Source: the human T2T-CHM13v2.0 reference genome, Homo sapiens. From it: 64,000 nt of DNA. The stretch is from NCBI RefSeq assembly GCF_009914755.1, contig NC_060933.1. One strand, written 5' to 3'. Below are positions 47,851 to 63,869 of the stretch, piece after piece (position 1 is the first letter of the stretch; each line of letters starts with the position of its first letter). The position numbers and the translations under genes were made by a program. The notes below the pieces were generated by a model that was not told the DNA's origin, made no database searches, and saw nothing but the letters and a program-made list of their open reading frames with translations.

Positions 47851-49221
47851 GACAACTGCATACAGCAGGGAGGTCTACTTAAAGCCTCCATGCACTCACT
47901 GGCAAGCCTCAAGATTCCTACCAGGCACAGGATGTGGAGGCCTCTTCAGTCCTTGGCATAGACCCTCCAGTGTGCCCAGCCCTCTGCCGACACATCACAG
48001 CATCTGCCTGCATCATGAAGGGGCTGTAAATGGAGCTTGGTTTGAGGGCAGGGCTGGCTCCTTCTGGGGGCGGCCATGATTCTGACCTACTGGGTCTGGC
48101 TGATGGTGTGGGTTGGGGCCCACACCATCACGTTTCTCTGTCTGGAATTCAGCAGGCCTTTGGCTGAGCTGGGTGTGAGAGCAATAGCTGCACGAGGATT
48201 GTGGCCACTGTCCCTGTGAGCCCAGGAAATGGGAGCATTGAGTTATTTTGTCTGTTGTCACCAAAATTTCAACAACTGCCAGGGAGAACAGGTACCTATT
48301 AAGTCTCTAACATTTCCACTTTCCAAACTGGGGCAGAGGATGGGGAATAAAGAGAGAGAATGCTTGAGTTTCTGTCCCGGTTCTGCTAGTGACTGCTGTG
48401 TGACTGTTAAGTCAAGGTTTGGTTCAATGTGTGTCTGGAAGCTGTAATATGTGAATCAGCCTCCCTTCACCTGGCACCTGGAGGTGGTTTGCTCATGGCT
48501 CAGAGAGTCCTGCATGTTAGTGAGGCAGTTATTGTGTCTGTAGCTCACTCTGACCACTAGTCTGTGACATCCCTGAGGGCATGGACCATGTCTGATTCAT
48601 CTTATCTGTGCCCCCCAGGGCCAGCCTCGTGCTGCTCTGTGCATGTCTGACTGAGGGAATGAAGAGCCCTCTGGGGGAGGGTAGGGGGCTGGCCGGCCAG
48701 GGTCATCATCTGTCTGCCCTCCCTCAGGACAGACTGCGCTCCAAGTCTGGGAGGTTGGGGGCTGGCTGTCAGAGCACAGGCAGGTTTCCTGCAATGTCGT
48801 TATGATTTTCCCCAGTGTAAGTGAGCTTTGTCTGGGTGATGCTAGACAATGGCACACTGGGCTTCTGTTATCAGCTCGCAGATCTGTCTGCCTGGCCAGG
48901 CTGGGCTTCTGGAGGTCAGGGGCCCAGTCGGATTCCTCTGTGTCCACAGTGCCCAGTGCATGGTCTGGCACAGAGTTGGTGCCCAGTATGTGGGCAGAGG
49001 GGGTGCTTTATTGCTGGGCTTCGCTCTGACCCTCATTTCAACCTTCATTCAGACAATTCCTTAGTAATTGTCACTGATAGCTAAGCTGACAGGTGTGAGG
49101 CTTGTTATGGGGGTGGGGAGAGTCGACAGAGATAAAAATGGACTTAGTTCTGATCCTCAGGTGCTCCAAGAGTAGCTGGAAGAATCTAACAGGTCAACTT
49201 AGAGTTGTACTGGACAGCATG

Positions 49222-49932
<711 letters not shown>

Positions 49933-49984
49933 TGAACAAGGCTGTGGGGACACAGAATAAACAGAGGCATGAAGCAAGCTTCTG

Positions 49985-50175
49985 AAATGGCAGGCCTTGG
50001 AGCCAGACTGTGTGTGTTCAAATCTCAGCTGTGTCACATATTAGCTATGCAACCTTAACCAGTCATTTCATCTCTTAGTGCCTCTGTTTCCTCATTGGCA
50101 AAACAAGTACCACAAGCAAGGGTCTTAGAACAGTGCTTGGCAGATAGTGAGTAGTCAATAAACGTCAGCTAAAGT
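49985..50175 (+). mobile_element. MIR
   Basis: TGGAGCCAGACTG...GTTCAAATC...GTGCCTCTGTTTCCTCAT. Confidence 0.85.
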
Positions 50176-50273
50176 AAGAGAACAAATGGTTTTTACCTTT
50201 GAACAAGCCTCCTGCAAGATGCAGGAGAGGGATACCTGGGCACTTTGAGGCCTGTATGGCCCCAGTGCTCTTA

Positions 50274-50732
<459 letters not shown>

Positions 50733-51387
50733 CTAAGGTACCTTTCTGTTTACCAGGCAACCTCCCTTGTAAAAGTCCCACATCTGCATGTCATTTGCAT
50801 CGATCACACAAAGCCCCACATGAAATGTGGCTGGATGCTTTCCAAAATATGACCCAAAGCAAGTGTGTGAACTGACTTATATTGATCGCTGTACTAGCCA
50901 GAGATGGGCTTATCTGCTTGGAATTTTCAAAAGTGTTTCTTTTTTAAGTGAATGATTTGATTGGCTTTTGCCATTTAAAAATATATCCAGAGACATGTGA
51001 TCAAATGCTTTCCTCTTCTTAGGCCAGATTTCATCCAAATAAAAGGGAACCTGGCTTGTCCTTTTTGAAAATCACCTGCTCTCCTTCTGCCCCCTTCTTA
51101 TAAAAGCTACTCTTCTTTATTCTCTGCCAGGACCCAGAGGCCTCTGTGGGTGTCTCCCCACCTGACCCCTCAGGGTCCCGCCATCCTCATCTCTTTCCTG
51201 CATTATTGTGATAGTTTCTTCCCCGTGTCCTGGCATATAGTTTGGCTGCCTCCCATTCTTTCTCTACAGAGCTGTAGTGTATTAAAAAGAAATCTGTTCA
51301 CACCATTTCCCTCCTCCACTTCTATGGCTTCCCACAATCTGCAGAGTAAAAGCTAAAGTCCTTAGTTTGTCATTTAAGATCATTTAT

Positions 51388-51476
51388 GGCCAGGCGCAGT
51401 GGCTCACGCCTATAATCCCAGCACTTTGGGAGGCTGAGGTGGGCGGATCATGAGGCCAAGAGATCGAGACCATCCT
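51388..51476 (+). mobile_element. 3'-truncated, tailless AluSc-like fragment in an L2
   Basis: 89 nt of left arm ending GAGATCGAGACCATCCT. Confidence 0.9.
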
Positions 51477-51638
51477 TACGATCTAGCCTCAGTTTACCTA
51501 TTCATTTACTTGCCTCTTTCTTTCTAGACACAAATTATTTATACCCTACAGATAAAGCAGGAGGAACCTAATTGTTCAGACCTTTTAGACCAAGAAGGTT
51601 GCAGTAGTTGAGGTCACAGGTTCCTGGCAGTCAGGGCT

Positions 51639-52087
51639 TATATTTGTTTCCTGTGGCTGCTGTAACCAATGAACTTAAACCTAATAGCTTAAGGCAACAG
51701 AAATTTATTCTCTTACAGTTTTGGAAGCCAGAAATCCAAACCGAGTCTGAATCACATTCCCTCAGGATGCTGCAGAGGAGAATCCATGTCCTTACCTCTT
51801 CCAGGTTCTGGCATTCCATTCCTTGGCCTGCAGCTGTAGTGCTCCAGTCTCTGTTGCCGTGGTCACATTGCCTTCTCCAGTGGTGGCAAAACTCCCTCTG
51901 CCTCCCTCTTATAAGGACACTTGTGATTACATTTAGGGCCCTCCTAGATAATTCAGGATAACCTCCCCATCTCAAGATCCCTATTTAATCACACCTTCCA
52001 AGACCCTTTCTGCCACATAAGGTAACATTCCCAGGTTCTAGGGATTAGGACCTGGAGATTTTGGGGGTCATTCTTCAGTGGACTACA
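51639..52087 (-). mobile_element. MLT1B-like solo LTR
   Basis: CTCTTATAAGGACACTTGTGATTACATTTAGGGCCC...ATCTCAAGATCC. Confidence 0.88.
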
Positions 52088-53419
52088 GGGTCAAAGGGAA
52101 ACATGATGTATTTCCAAAGCTTTCCCACTGAAGAGGCAGACGTCTTCCTGCGACCCCGAAGATGATTACTTACTTGCTATGCACAGCCTTCTATCCTTTT
52201 AGTTTGCATTTTGTGGGATGGGGAAGATAAGAACTATTCTCTTAAAGTGGGCTAGATTGGATTCTGGCTAACATTGAATATGTAACCAACAGGAGTATTG
52301 AGAAATTAATTGGCTTTTTGTTTTGTTGACTCTCATGGGCCCTCCAGGAGGAACAAAAGCATTTTCTTCCCAGCCTTCACTGTATCCTGCAGGTCTCCCT
52401 GCCCAGGGGGGAACCTGCCTATGTTTCTAAAGTTTGGGCTTTTAGTTTTGTTTTTGACCTTTCACTGGGGGAAGGAAACAGGCTTTCTGGAGTCTTAAGT
52501 CCAGAGTGAAGAATTTGCCAGGGAGAGGTGAACTGAGACCATCTCTAGTCGGGGGTTTGACCCTAGGTGATCACACTGGGTTGTGTGAGGTGGGGCCAAG
52601 AGGACCCGTGCTCTGGATTGAACATCATGTGTTCACCCTCAGGGTACAGTGCCTGTCCTGCTCCCCCATCCCCTGCCTCAGAAAGGTGGTGGCGTGGCAA
52701 GTTCCTAAGAGGGTGGAGGGGCCTGAGCCTCATAGCAATATGGTTCCTTGGGTCAGTAGGGGGCTGTATGGGAGCCTGGGAGCCCCAAGAGCCTCAGCAG
52801 GGACCCCCATGGCCTTGCATGGTGGAGAAGGAGGAGTAGGATGACCAGCACAATGAACTGCGTTTGGATGGCCCCCAGGGGTCTGAGCAAGAAGCGGGGC
52901 AGCCATGACCACAAGGGACAGTGGCCCTGAGAACTGGACTGTGTAAGCCTGGGGGCTTTCTGTAACATATAAGGGAGGTGGAGGGACTGCTTGTCGACCA
53001 TGGACATGGGTGGGCAAACTGGTTTTATTATGGAAAGTGTGCAATGGTCCTTGCATCCCCGGAGCTGTGGAGTAAGCCTCAGGCCTGTTACTGATGAGTG
53101 GGGTGAACAGGATTAACACCCTTGGTTTGAAGTGGAGTGGGAATCTACCCCGGGGCATCAGACTAGACTCAGACACCATCAGATGCACCAGGAAGGAAGG
53201 ATGCACCATAGGAAGGCTGGGAGGGAGGTTGGCAAGAGGTGGCAGGGGCCCTGAATGTCACACTAATGAGCTAATCCTGACAGCACTGGGGAGCCAGTGA
53301 TGATGAAAGCGGGAAAAGGCCTGGCCTGACATGGGCCAGGTGCACCTCCTGGAGTGTGGCCCTTGGGAGGACACTTCCACAGCAGGGTGTGGCCACTCAG
53401 GCTGCCTGGTCGTCCACAC

Positions 53420-53830
53420 AATGGCTGCTGTCTACTGGGGGCTTTCTCTTCCAGACTCTATGCTAGATGCTTTACAAGTATTATTTTATTTCATTCTCAC
53501 AATAATCCTATGAGGCAGATACCTGATCCATCCCCATTTAACAAATGAGGAAACTAAGCAGAGAGAAGTTAAGCTGCTTCTTAAAAGGCCCAAAGTCCCC
53601 CAGCTGGTGACAGCAGGACCATCAAGCTCCTAACTCATCTTTTCCATCAAGGCACCTGGGCCACTCGATAACACCAGAATGAAGGCTTTGAGTAATCACC
53701 TGTTCCCTACTCTCCCATTGTACAAATGGGAAAACTGAGGTGAGGGAGCTTGATCAAGGTCACTCGGTAAGCTAGACGTGGAACTGGAAGCTGGTCCAGA
53801 TGTCCAGGTCAAGGCTCTCCTGACTCCTCT
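53420..53830 (-). mobile_element. Two MIRs
   Basis: CCCCATTTAACAAATGAGGAAACT and CCCATTGTACAAATGGGAAAACTGAGG. Confidence 0.8.
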
Positions 53831-53999
53831 CAAGGGTGGCTGTGCCTGGGGATGCAGCAAACAGGTGGGATACCTGGACATGGTGCTGGCCAGAGTCCAA
53901 CCCAGCACCTCCATCCTCACCCAGACCTCAGCCACCAGTACATTTGTGGGCAGAGCCCACAGGATCCTCCTGAAAACACCATTTCTTGGTCACAAGCTA

Positions 54000-54668
54000 T
54001 TTTATGATTGAATTTTTCAAGATGTCTATTAGGAAATGTTTTATATATATATAGAACAATATTTGTAATGCATATATTCATTGCAAAACATGATAGTAAA
54101 ATTAGCACCCATGAGCTCACCATCCACTTTTGGAACTAGAACTTTCCTGGTACTCTTGCATGTGTCTGGGTACCTCTTTCTTATTCTAGCCCTCACCTCC
54201 CCTACAAATGACCACAACCCAGGCTTTGGTGTTTATGATTTCCTGGCTGTTTTGTGATAGTTTTAGCACATATATTCATATTCCAAAGCCATATATTATT
54301 TACTTTTATTTGCATTTGAACTTTATAAAAAAATCATACTGTTTGATATTACAATAAAATATTCACAGTCTTCTGTAAATTACTTTTTTTCACCTAACGT
54401 TGTTTCTAAAATTCATCCATGTTGATGCCTGTAGCTTAGTTCATTCATTTTCCCTGCTGTGTAATATCTCACTGTGTAAAACACCACGTATTATCTATTC
54501 TTTTGCTATTAGGCATTTGGTTTGCTTCTAGTATTTTGCTATCATGAAACGCTACTATGAACATTCTTGGTCATGCCTCCCAGGGCGCATGGAAGAGATT
54601 CTCAAAGACATACCTAGGAGTGGGGTTGCTGGATCATATGACGTGTGCGTATCGAACCTTACAAGTTA
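54000..54668 (-). mobile_element. L1ME fragment
   Basis: ATTCATCCATGTTGATGC...CTATGAACATTCTTG...TACCTAGGAGTGG. Confidence 0.8.
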
Positions 54669-54669
54669 A

Positions 54670-54880
54670 AGCCAGATCAGGAAGGGCTCCCACCTTCATT
54701 GTGTGGTTCCCTGGCTCTTCCACCTTGCGATCTCTCTCTAGCGCCCCCTGTTGGCAGAGGCTAAGAGATCGTCAGCAGGCCAAGCAGAATATTAGTGTCC
54801 CAGCTGTCATCATAAAAGGCAAATTTAGAGGGGATAGGGTTAGAGATGAGAGCCATAGCACCTAATTTAGAAATATGTGA
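54670..54880 (-). mobile_element. ERVL LTR41-like fragment
   Basis: AGCGCCCCCTGTTGGCAGAG.CTAA...AAGCAGAA...GTCCCAGC...GAGATGAGAG, recalled LTR41 similarity. Confidence 0.6.
54738..54756 (-). promoter_or_regulatory. CTCF core motif
   Basis: Minus strand TGCCAACAGGGGGCGCTAG, 1 mismatch to CCASYAGRKGGCRS. Confidence 0.7.
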
Positions 54881-55477
54881 TCACCCCACCAGTGAGTAAA
54901 AAAAACTGGGCCAATGTGGCCTGAAGGTCGCCAGCTTAAAACCTCTGCAATGTGGCCTGATTTCTTACTGATCTCCACTTTGTACCCTCTGCTCTTGCCA
55001 CAGGGAATGTCTCCTCCTTCCCTAAATGTGGTGCTCTTCCACGCCCATTTATCCTTTTCTCTCAATCTCAATTTTCTTTCCCACCTGGCACACTTTGCTC
55101 CCTGTTCAAGTCCTTCCTGTTGCTGAAACCCCATTTCAAATGCTGCTTCCTTCGTCATTTTTTTCTGATCTCTCCAGCTGGAGGTAATAAAGATATCCTT
55201 CTCTTGAGTTCCCCAGCTCCATATCTACCCTCTCTCTGGGCAACAAGCAGTGTTCACTTAGCATCACTGTTGTTTGGTCTATGGCTCATCTCCTCAATCA
55301 GAATTTTATTTTAAGAAAAGCAATGCAAGTAAGGGCATAGAGGAAATAATCACTCATATCACATCGCTGACACTGATACAACTTTTAATATATCCCTTTC
55401 CAGTTTCCCTGTGCACATACATTGGTATATGTAGTGCACATGTAATGTTGTATCTAATTTTTTAAAATATAAATGGG

Positions 55478-55756
55478 ATCTCTCTGTGACACCCATGCTG
55501 GAGTGCAGTGGCAGGATTATGGCTCCCTGCAGCCCAATCGCCTGAGTTGAAGTGATCCTCCTGCCTCAGTCTCCTGATTAGCTGAGACTACAGGCATGCA
55601 CTACCATGCCCAGCTTTTTTTTTCCCCCCATTATTTTGTAGAGAGGAGTTCTTGCTATATTGCTTAGGCTGGTCTTGAACTCCTGGCCTCAAGCAATCCT
55701 CCTGCCTTGGCCTCCCTAAATGCTGGTATTACAAGTATGAGCTACTGTGCCCAGCC
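55478..55756 (-). mobile_element. AluJ lacking a tail, within L1ME fragments (~55310-56720, -)
   Basis: J-type arms, no T-run. Confidence 0.88.
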
Positions 55757-57244
55757 TCCCAGCCTGTTTTTCTTTTTCTCCCTTTATTAGGTCAAACTAT
55801 TTTTTTCCTATGTTGCTTCATAACATCACAATTGTTAATGGTTATCCACTCTTCCATTGTATGTTAGTAATAGTTATAAGTGACAGAAACTCAACCTAAA
55901 AGAGCTTAGGCAAAAGGGATCTTTGTGCAGAGGCTGCTGGGGCATCTTGCAGAAACCAAGGTTAGAAATGTTGGGCTGCGGGGACCTGGAACCTGGGTGC
56001 AGATGCCTGAGGCACTGGTGCCTGCCTTGGCTTCATATTTTCCCCTCTTCTTCAGCAGACTGGCTTCCTCTGCTTTTCCTCTCCATGTGGCAGAAAATAC
56101 CCACTGACCATACCCAAGCTTTACATGTGACAACACAGCCACCCAAACAGAGACTAACCCTATTTTTCAGGAGCTGGCTCCTCCTGTGGAGCAAGGGGGC
56201 AGGGTCAGATTCCACTAATGTGGTGATCTTTAAAGGACCAGGTAGCCTGTGTAGGAAGGGGATCCTGGGTTTTAGACTGCTTCCAAATAACTGCTACTGT
56301 AGTCATCTCGTGTATTAGCACATAAACCTCTCCTTAACTTGAATTATTTTCTTTGGACCAATTCTTGGAAGGGGGATGACTGGGTCATAAAGTTGGAACA
56401 TTTTTGTGATGTTTGATATTATTGCCAAATTGATTTCAAGTAGTTATTCAACTTCACTCCCACCCGACAGCATTGTGCAAGAGAGCCTTTCGTTGTGCCA
56501 TTGAGAGCACGGGGCATTATGGCTTGAAATAGATTTTTTTTATTATTTTAATAATCGTAAAAAGATATCTCGTAATTTTTATTAGCATTTTTCTGGTTAC
56601 TAGTAAGGCTGAAGACTTTCTCATATATTTGTTTTATTGGAGTACATTCCCTTTTGTGAATTGTCTTTTCCTGGCTTTGCCCAGTTATCGAGTGAACTGT
56701 TAATCCTGTTCAGATTTAATTGCCCCTTCCTTTTGTGTGTGCATTGCACTTTCTCTATCTTCCTTTCAGGGTATGAATAGTGGCCTATCTTGTATTGTAG
56801 TTATTTGTGTCTGTGTCTGATCTTTCTTACTGGACTGTGAGCTCCTGGTGGGCAGAGCCAGGCCTGGGCTCCAGCCTAGCATGGAGCCTTGTTCTAGTAA
56901 AGTGCTCAGTGATGGTTAATTGGGTAAAATAAGCATATGGTTTCAGTCTGCATGATGCCGAAGTGAGTGTTCAGCCTGAGGGGTGCTGCATATAGGCTGC
57001 GAGGATGTAAGAGCCTGGACCTCATTCATTCAGTCATTCAGCAAATAGTAACTGAAGATCTATTGTGTGCTGGGGTCTAGGAGGGCATCGATGAACAAGC
57101 CTCCCTGGAGCTTACAGGACAGTGGAGGTGGGAGAATTCAACAACTATTGCACAGCTACAGACAAATCCTACTTATCCCAAAGAGTTCCGGAGAGGTCTA
57201 TGAATTCTGATGGAGAGGAGAACAAATCTAACATTGTCTAGGGA

Positions 57245-57464
57245 AGTCATTGGCAAACCTTTTCTGTAAAAGGCTAAATAGTAAGTATTTTAGGCCTTGT
57301 GGGCCACATACAGACTATGTCACATAGCCTTCCTTGTGGCTTTCTTTCCTTTTTTTAAAAAAAAATAGTTCTTTAAAAATATCTTTAAACTTCCTAGCTA
57401 AGGAGCTATGCAAAAACAGCTGAGGGCCTGATTGGATCTGTAGGCTATAGTTTGCCAACCCTTG
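57245..57464 (+). mobile_element. MER58 (hAT-Charlie)
   Basis: TTGGCAAACCTTTTCTGTAAA...TAGTTTGCCAACCC; flanks contain GTCTAG. Confidence 0.85.
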
Positions 57465-59113
57465 TCTAGCCCCTAGAGTCATAGAACATCAGGGCTGGAA
57501 GGGTCAACTCCCTCATTATTGCACAGGTGGGGAAACTGAGTCCCAGAGGGCGGAAGCAGTGTGTTGGGTCCCCTTGCTGATACCCGTGCTGAATCAGGCA
57601 GTTGAGGACTTTGCCTGGGTCCTGGCACAGTCCACTCTGTTTGTCTCTTGGAGCAACCTACTCTGGCAGGTTTGTGCCTTGGCTGGCACAGGAGGTTAGG
57701 AAGTGGTCGGTTCCCAGAGCACAAGGCTGCCTCCCCAAGGGCTGGTTCCTATCCCTTCCAGCATGGCAATTCTTTGGCCCCATGGCCTCCTGTTGAATTG
57801 GGGTTGGGGGTGACAGAAAACATGGAGCAGCAGCATTATTAATTAATGCTTCTGTGTCCCAAGGCTGAGAATTTTGTCATGTGTAGAAGCATTTCCCGTA
57901 TTAAAGTTGATTTTTACAGTAAAGGTGATATTCTTTTTCAACTGAATCATGTATGGGAGAGTAAATACTAAAAATAATTGCTTCCTCTCTCCCAGGCTCT
58001 CTCTCCTGACCAAACACACACTCAGCAACAGACAGGACCCAAAGCTGCTTGTTCCATCTCTGGAGGCTTCCATGGGTGCAGGGACTGAAGGGACAATGTC
58101 AGCTCCCCATCCCTCCCCTCACTGTGCAAAGGGAAGCAGGTCAGAGAGCACCTCCTACTTAGCTTCAGCCGGGGGTCCCTCCAGGGCTGCCATCTCTGCT
58201 CTTAGCAGGCTGTTCTCCACAAAGAACAGCCACTGCCACTCCCCACCCCAAAACTGTGTCCTTAACATCTCTCACCACGGGAATGTCTTGAAACCCCAGT
58301 CAGGATGGGAAAACTTGCAAGCAAGGAGGCAGGATTTGATTGATAACCAGATCTTTAGCTAGAGGTCTGCCAGCAGTGTGACCTTGGCAAGTCTCTGCTC
58401 CTCTCTGGGTCTCAGTCTCCCCTTTGACACTAAGGGAGGACAGATCTTACTGTTCCTTAGAATGTTAGTTTCTGGCAGCCTGTGATGTGGTTGGCGTGGG
58501 GTCACGTTCAGGCCTGAGGACCTTCAGAGCGCTCCAGGCTGCCCTCACTCGGCTCTGCCCTCCTCCTGCCTCTATGGTCCCTTTGGTCTTTGCTTCTGAC
58601 CCCCCCCACCCCCCGCCCACTCATGCTAAACTGCTGATCCCAGCACCCTCCCCTCCAGGCCTGGGGGCTGGCATCCCCTCCGGGAATGCCTCTTTCCTCT
58701 CGTAACAGGGCTGGCCCTGCCAGCACCTCACCACATTTCCTCTGTGCTTCCTGCAGCGGGCAGCAATGGTGGTGAGAATGTATATGTGCAGGTGAGTGAG
58801 CGGGTATGCCTGTGAACGTGTGCCTGCGTGTGAATGTAAACCACTGCATGTGTGTGAGAATGTGTGTGGTGCGTAAATGAGTGAATGGATGAATGGGTGT
58901 GCAGGTTATATTGAGGACAAAGCTTTTTGTTTAGTTTGGCTCTGTTTCAAGCAAATCAAGACCTTTGTTTATTTCCACATACCTGTACACACATGGGTAT
59001 GTGCATACACGCACACACAGAGCTTCAAGGAGCCAGCTTTAAGAAAATGCCTGCCTAAAACACCCCCACTTCATTTCTGTGGTCAACCCCATTCTTAAAC
59101 CCCTTTCTTTGGG

Positions 59114-60032
<919 letters not shown>

Positions 60033-60040
60033 TTCCAGAT

Positions 60041-60150
60041 CACTGGCTCTCTCAAACTTGGCTGTGGGTTGGAATCACCTGGTGAGATTTTACAACGCTG
60101 CTGCCTGGGGGCCTTCCTCAGAGATTCTGTAGCTGGTCTGCGGTGAGGCC
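60041..60150. mobile_element. MER5A fragment
   Basis: TCTCAAACTTGGCTG...GGAATCACCTGG...CAGAGATTCTG. Confidence 0.72.
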
Positions 60151-60394
60151 TATGAGGGTGTGGAAGCAAAAGCTGAAGCTACTCAGGCTCCAGGCTGACC
60201 ACACATGCCCAAACTTCAGTCAACACTGAAGGTCCTAGTTAGAAGCCAGTAGCTTCCCAGAAGCTCTGATAACAAATCATCTGTGAACCCTTGCTAGAAC
60301 TACAGTCCTGAGGAATTTGGGTTCTTTTTGTATCTTCTTGGAGCAAACGTGGAGTCCCTGAGAGCCAGACTGAATTCACTGATGCCAGGTCCTT

Positions 60395-60500
60395 GCGGGG
60401 ACCAACCATCCTGTTGTGGAACTTAGGGATTTCCCGCAATGCAGGGCTTTCCCTGCTCCAACTGGGACAGTCCTCAGGAAACTGGGCTGGGCTGGGGCGG
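60395..60500 (-). mobile_element. MER81-like (hAT-Blackjack)
   Basis: GACCAACCATCCTG...GGGATTTCCC...GGGACAGTCC...AAACTGGG. Confidence 0.65.
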
Positions 60501-61169
60501 GGGTGGTGGTGGTGGTAGTGGATGGGCCCAGTACCACTGGGTGTCTCTGATTTGTCCAGAAGAGAAAGTGTAGGCGAATTCTGCAGATGTCCACCTCCAA
60601 GTCCTGTTAGGTTGATCTTGTTCATAGTGCAACCAGTCAAGGGCCGTGAACACCCAGGGGATCCACAAAGCTACATTCTCCTGGCCAGTTACAGACAAAA
60701 ATCCCCAAATGCCTATCTTAGAGTGATAAGTTATTCTTGACATTAACCCAATTACAGTCTAGGTTTTGAAACGCAGAGGGAACAGACTCCTAAGATGACC
60801 AACTTAACCAAACAATTGATTTCCAACTTGACCACGCATTTAGGACAGTAGCCAATGAGCAGAAGCAATGATGCAGCACCCTAGTCAATCTTTTCCTTCC
60901 TTCCCTGTGTTCTTTTATTTGATCCCCTTCCTCCTTCCCTTCTTCAACACCTGTCAATCTCCATATCGTGAAGAGCATTGAATGGGATGATTTGAAGTTT
61001 CTACTCGATTCTGTGGCTCTCAAGGAGTCACTGGAGGTTTTGGATGGGTGAGTGAAGGGCTCAGGGCTTTGGGTACTCACTGTCCAGTGGTTTGGGCCAA
61101 GGCTCTGAGGAGAACACTAGTGGCCTCCATGAGGCCTGGTCTAAGAAGCAGTAACCGCGGTGACAGTAA

Positions 61170-61380
61170 CAGGAGCCGACACTCAGATGGCCATGTGCTT
61201 CAGGTGCATTCACTCACAGCCCTCATCAATAAGTGCTATTATTATTCCCATTTCAGTGATGCAGAAACTGAGACATGGAGCAGTTAGGAGACTTGTACAA
61301 GGTTGCAGAGCTACTAAGTCAAGATGAGATTTGCACCAGGCAGTCCAGCTCCAGGGTCCATACCCTTAGCCTTATGTTTT
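61170..61380 (-). mobile_element. MIR
   Basis: ATTATTCCCATTTCAGTGATGCAGAAACTGAGAC. Confidence 0.8.
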
Positions 61381-62351
61381 CTAGCCTCTCAGAGTGCAGG
61401 GGGTGCACAGTGAGGCATTTGGGAGGCCCAAACAGGGCTTGTGACTGCTGGGATGTGGGGGTCATCATGGCTTGGGCTATGGAAGATGGCAGGGCCATTT
61501 GATTTGGCCTCCCAAGTTTCAGAGCCTGCCTTTAACCTTTTTCTAGAGCAGTGGACCTCCACTCCTTTCAGGGACAGAGTGTCTGGACATCATTGTACCT
61601 TTGTAGTCCACCAGGAAATCTCAGCACATCTAAGTTCATCTTGCAAATGAGAGTGAGAAACAGTTTTACCTGTAGGAAACATGGCTCTCTTCTACATGTG
61701 CAAAATGTAGTAACAACCAGGTGTTCATTGCAGACTTGTTGAAGTTGCAGTTTTATTCTGTTTCTGTTTCCCATTAATATTTATTTTGCCATTTGCCATT
61801 TGTTCACTAAAAAAAAAAACCTCTGCTCAAAAGTAGGCAAGCAGTTGCAAGCACTAGTGTTTTAAGGAAAATATATAAATACAAAATTTAAATTCAGAAA
61901 ATTCTCCCCATGAACTTAATGTTATTCTCATTATTTGGAAGTTGAGAAATGATGAACCATTGAGTGGGATGACCCTATCCAACTCCCAAAGTAATAGAGC
62001 TGACAGAACCATGCCATCTGTCTCTTTCCCTCTGATGCTGGAAACAAGTGTAACCTTGAACTCCCTGGTTCTCACACACTGTGGGTAGAGAGGAGGTTAT
62101 ATTAATAATAATAACTTAAAATCTGCTAGATCTTCAGCCATCTCAAAAATCTCTCCAGGTTGTGCTATGAAAGGGTCCCACATATGCTCACAGTCTTCTT
62201 GTGTTTGCCAGCTCTGGCTACCCGCTGATGTCTGTACTCTTTGGTCCCATGAAATAGACGCCTCATCCCTGTGTCTGCTGCTAATGTCATCTGTGGCAAA
62301 GTTGAGTCCTTGTCTAAAGTTATATAAAGGAAAATAAAAAATCTCATGACA

Positions 62352-63146
<795 letters not shown>

Positions 63147-63869
63147 TAAGACAAGGACTCAACTTTGCCACAGGTGACATTAGCAGCAGACACAGGGATG
63201 AGACTTCTTATGTAAAAGGGAAGCTTAAGCCTGAAGGCTGAGTCCTTGCAGCCCTCTCTTCCAAATGAGTAACTATTACTAAACTTATGCATCCCTAGAG
63301 GAAGGTAAAAGGCCTCAGGCATCTGCAAAGGGCTGCCCCCACAGATCATTCATAAGTAAATTCTTTGCTGGCCTCTATAAACAAGGACATGCCAATTGTA
63401 ACTCTGGGTCAACAATCTAAGTCTAGCTCCTAAAACTCCACACTGATAGTGTCTATTACAAGCTTATCTTCCCAGGTGCAGAACAAAGTCAAGAGTCATT
63501 TCCTCTACCTACCCAGAGACTGGATAATTGATTCTTCCTTTACTTCCTTTTTTTCTTTAGACATTCACCTTATCTTATGTAAAATGTAGATTTACTGGGC
63601 ACTAACTGAAGTCTCACAAGAATGTAACTGTTTACCTTACTGCCTACCCTACATGCCTTTCCCCCTCTTCAAGGAAATGTATAAATCCTAAACCTCCTGA
63701 AAACCTCTTTGGAAAAACAGTCACAAATGTGTCTGTGGCTCATGTTTTCTCCTAGATGTACCCTAAAGCTGGCTTAATAACCCTCAGTGATTGAGACTTT
63801 TGTCTCAGTTACTCATTTTGGTTGTCAGTTACATATCTTAGTGTTCCCAAACATGATCCTGAAAGATGC

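Noticed and set aside
50793-50813. Octamer ATTTGCAT near Sox-like ACAAAG
   Set aside because: Spacing does not fit the canonical Sox-Oct composite.
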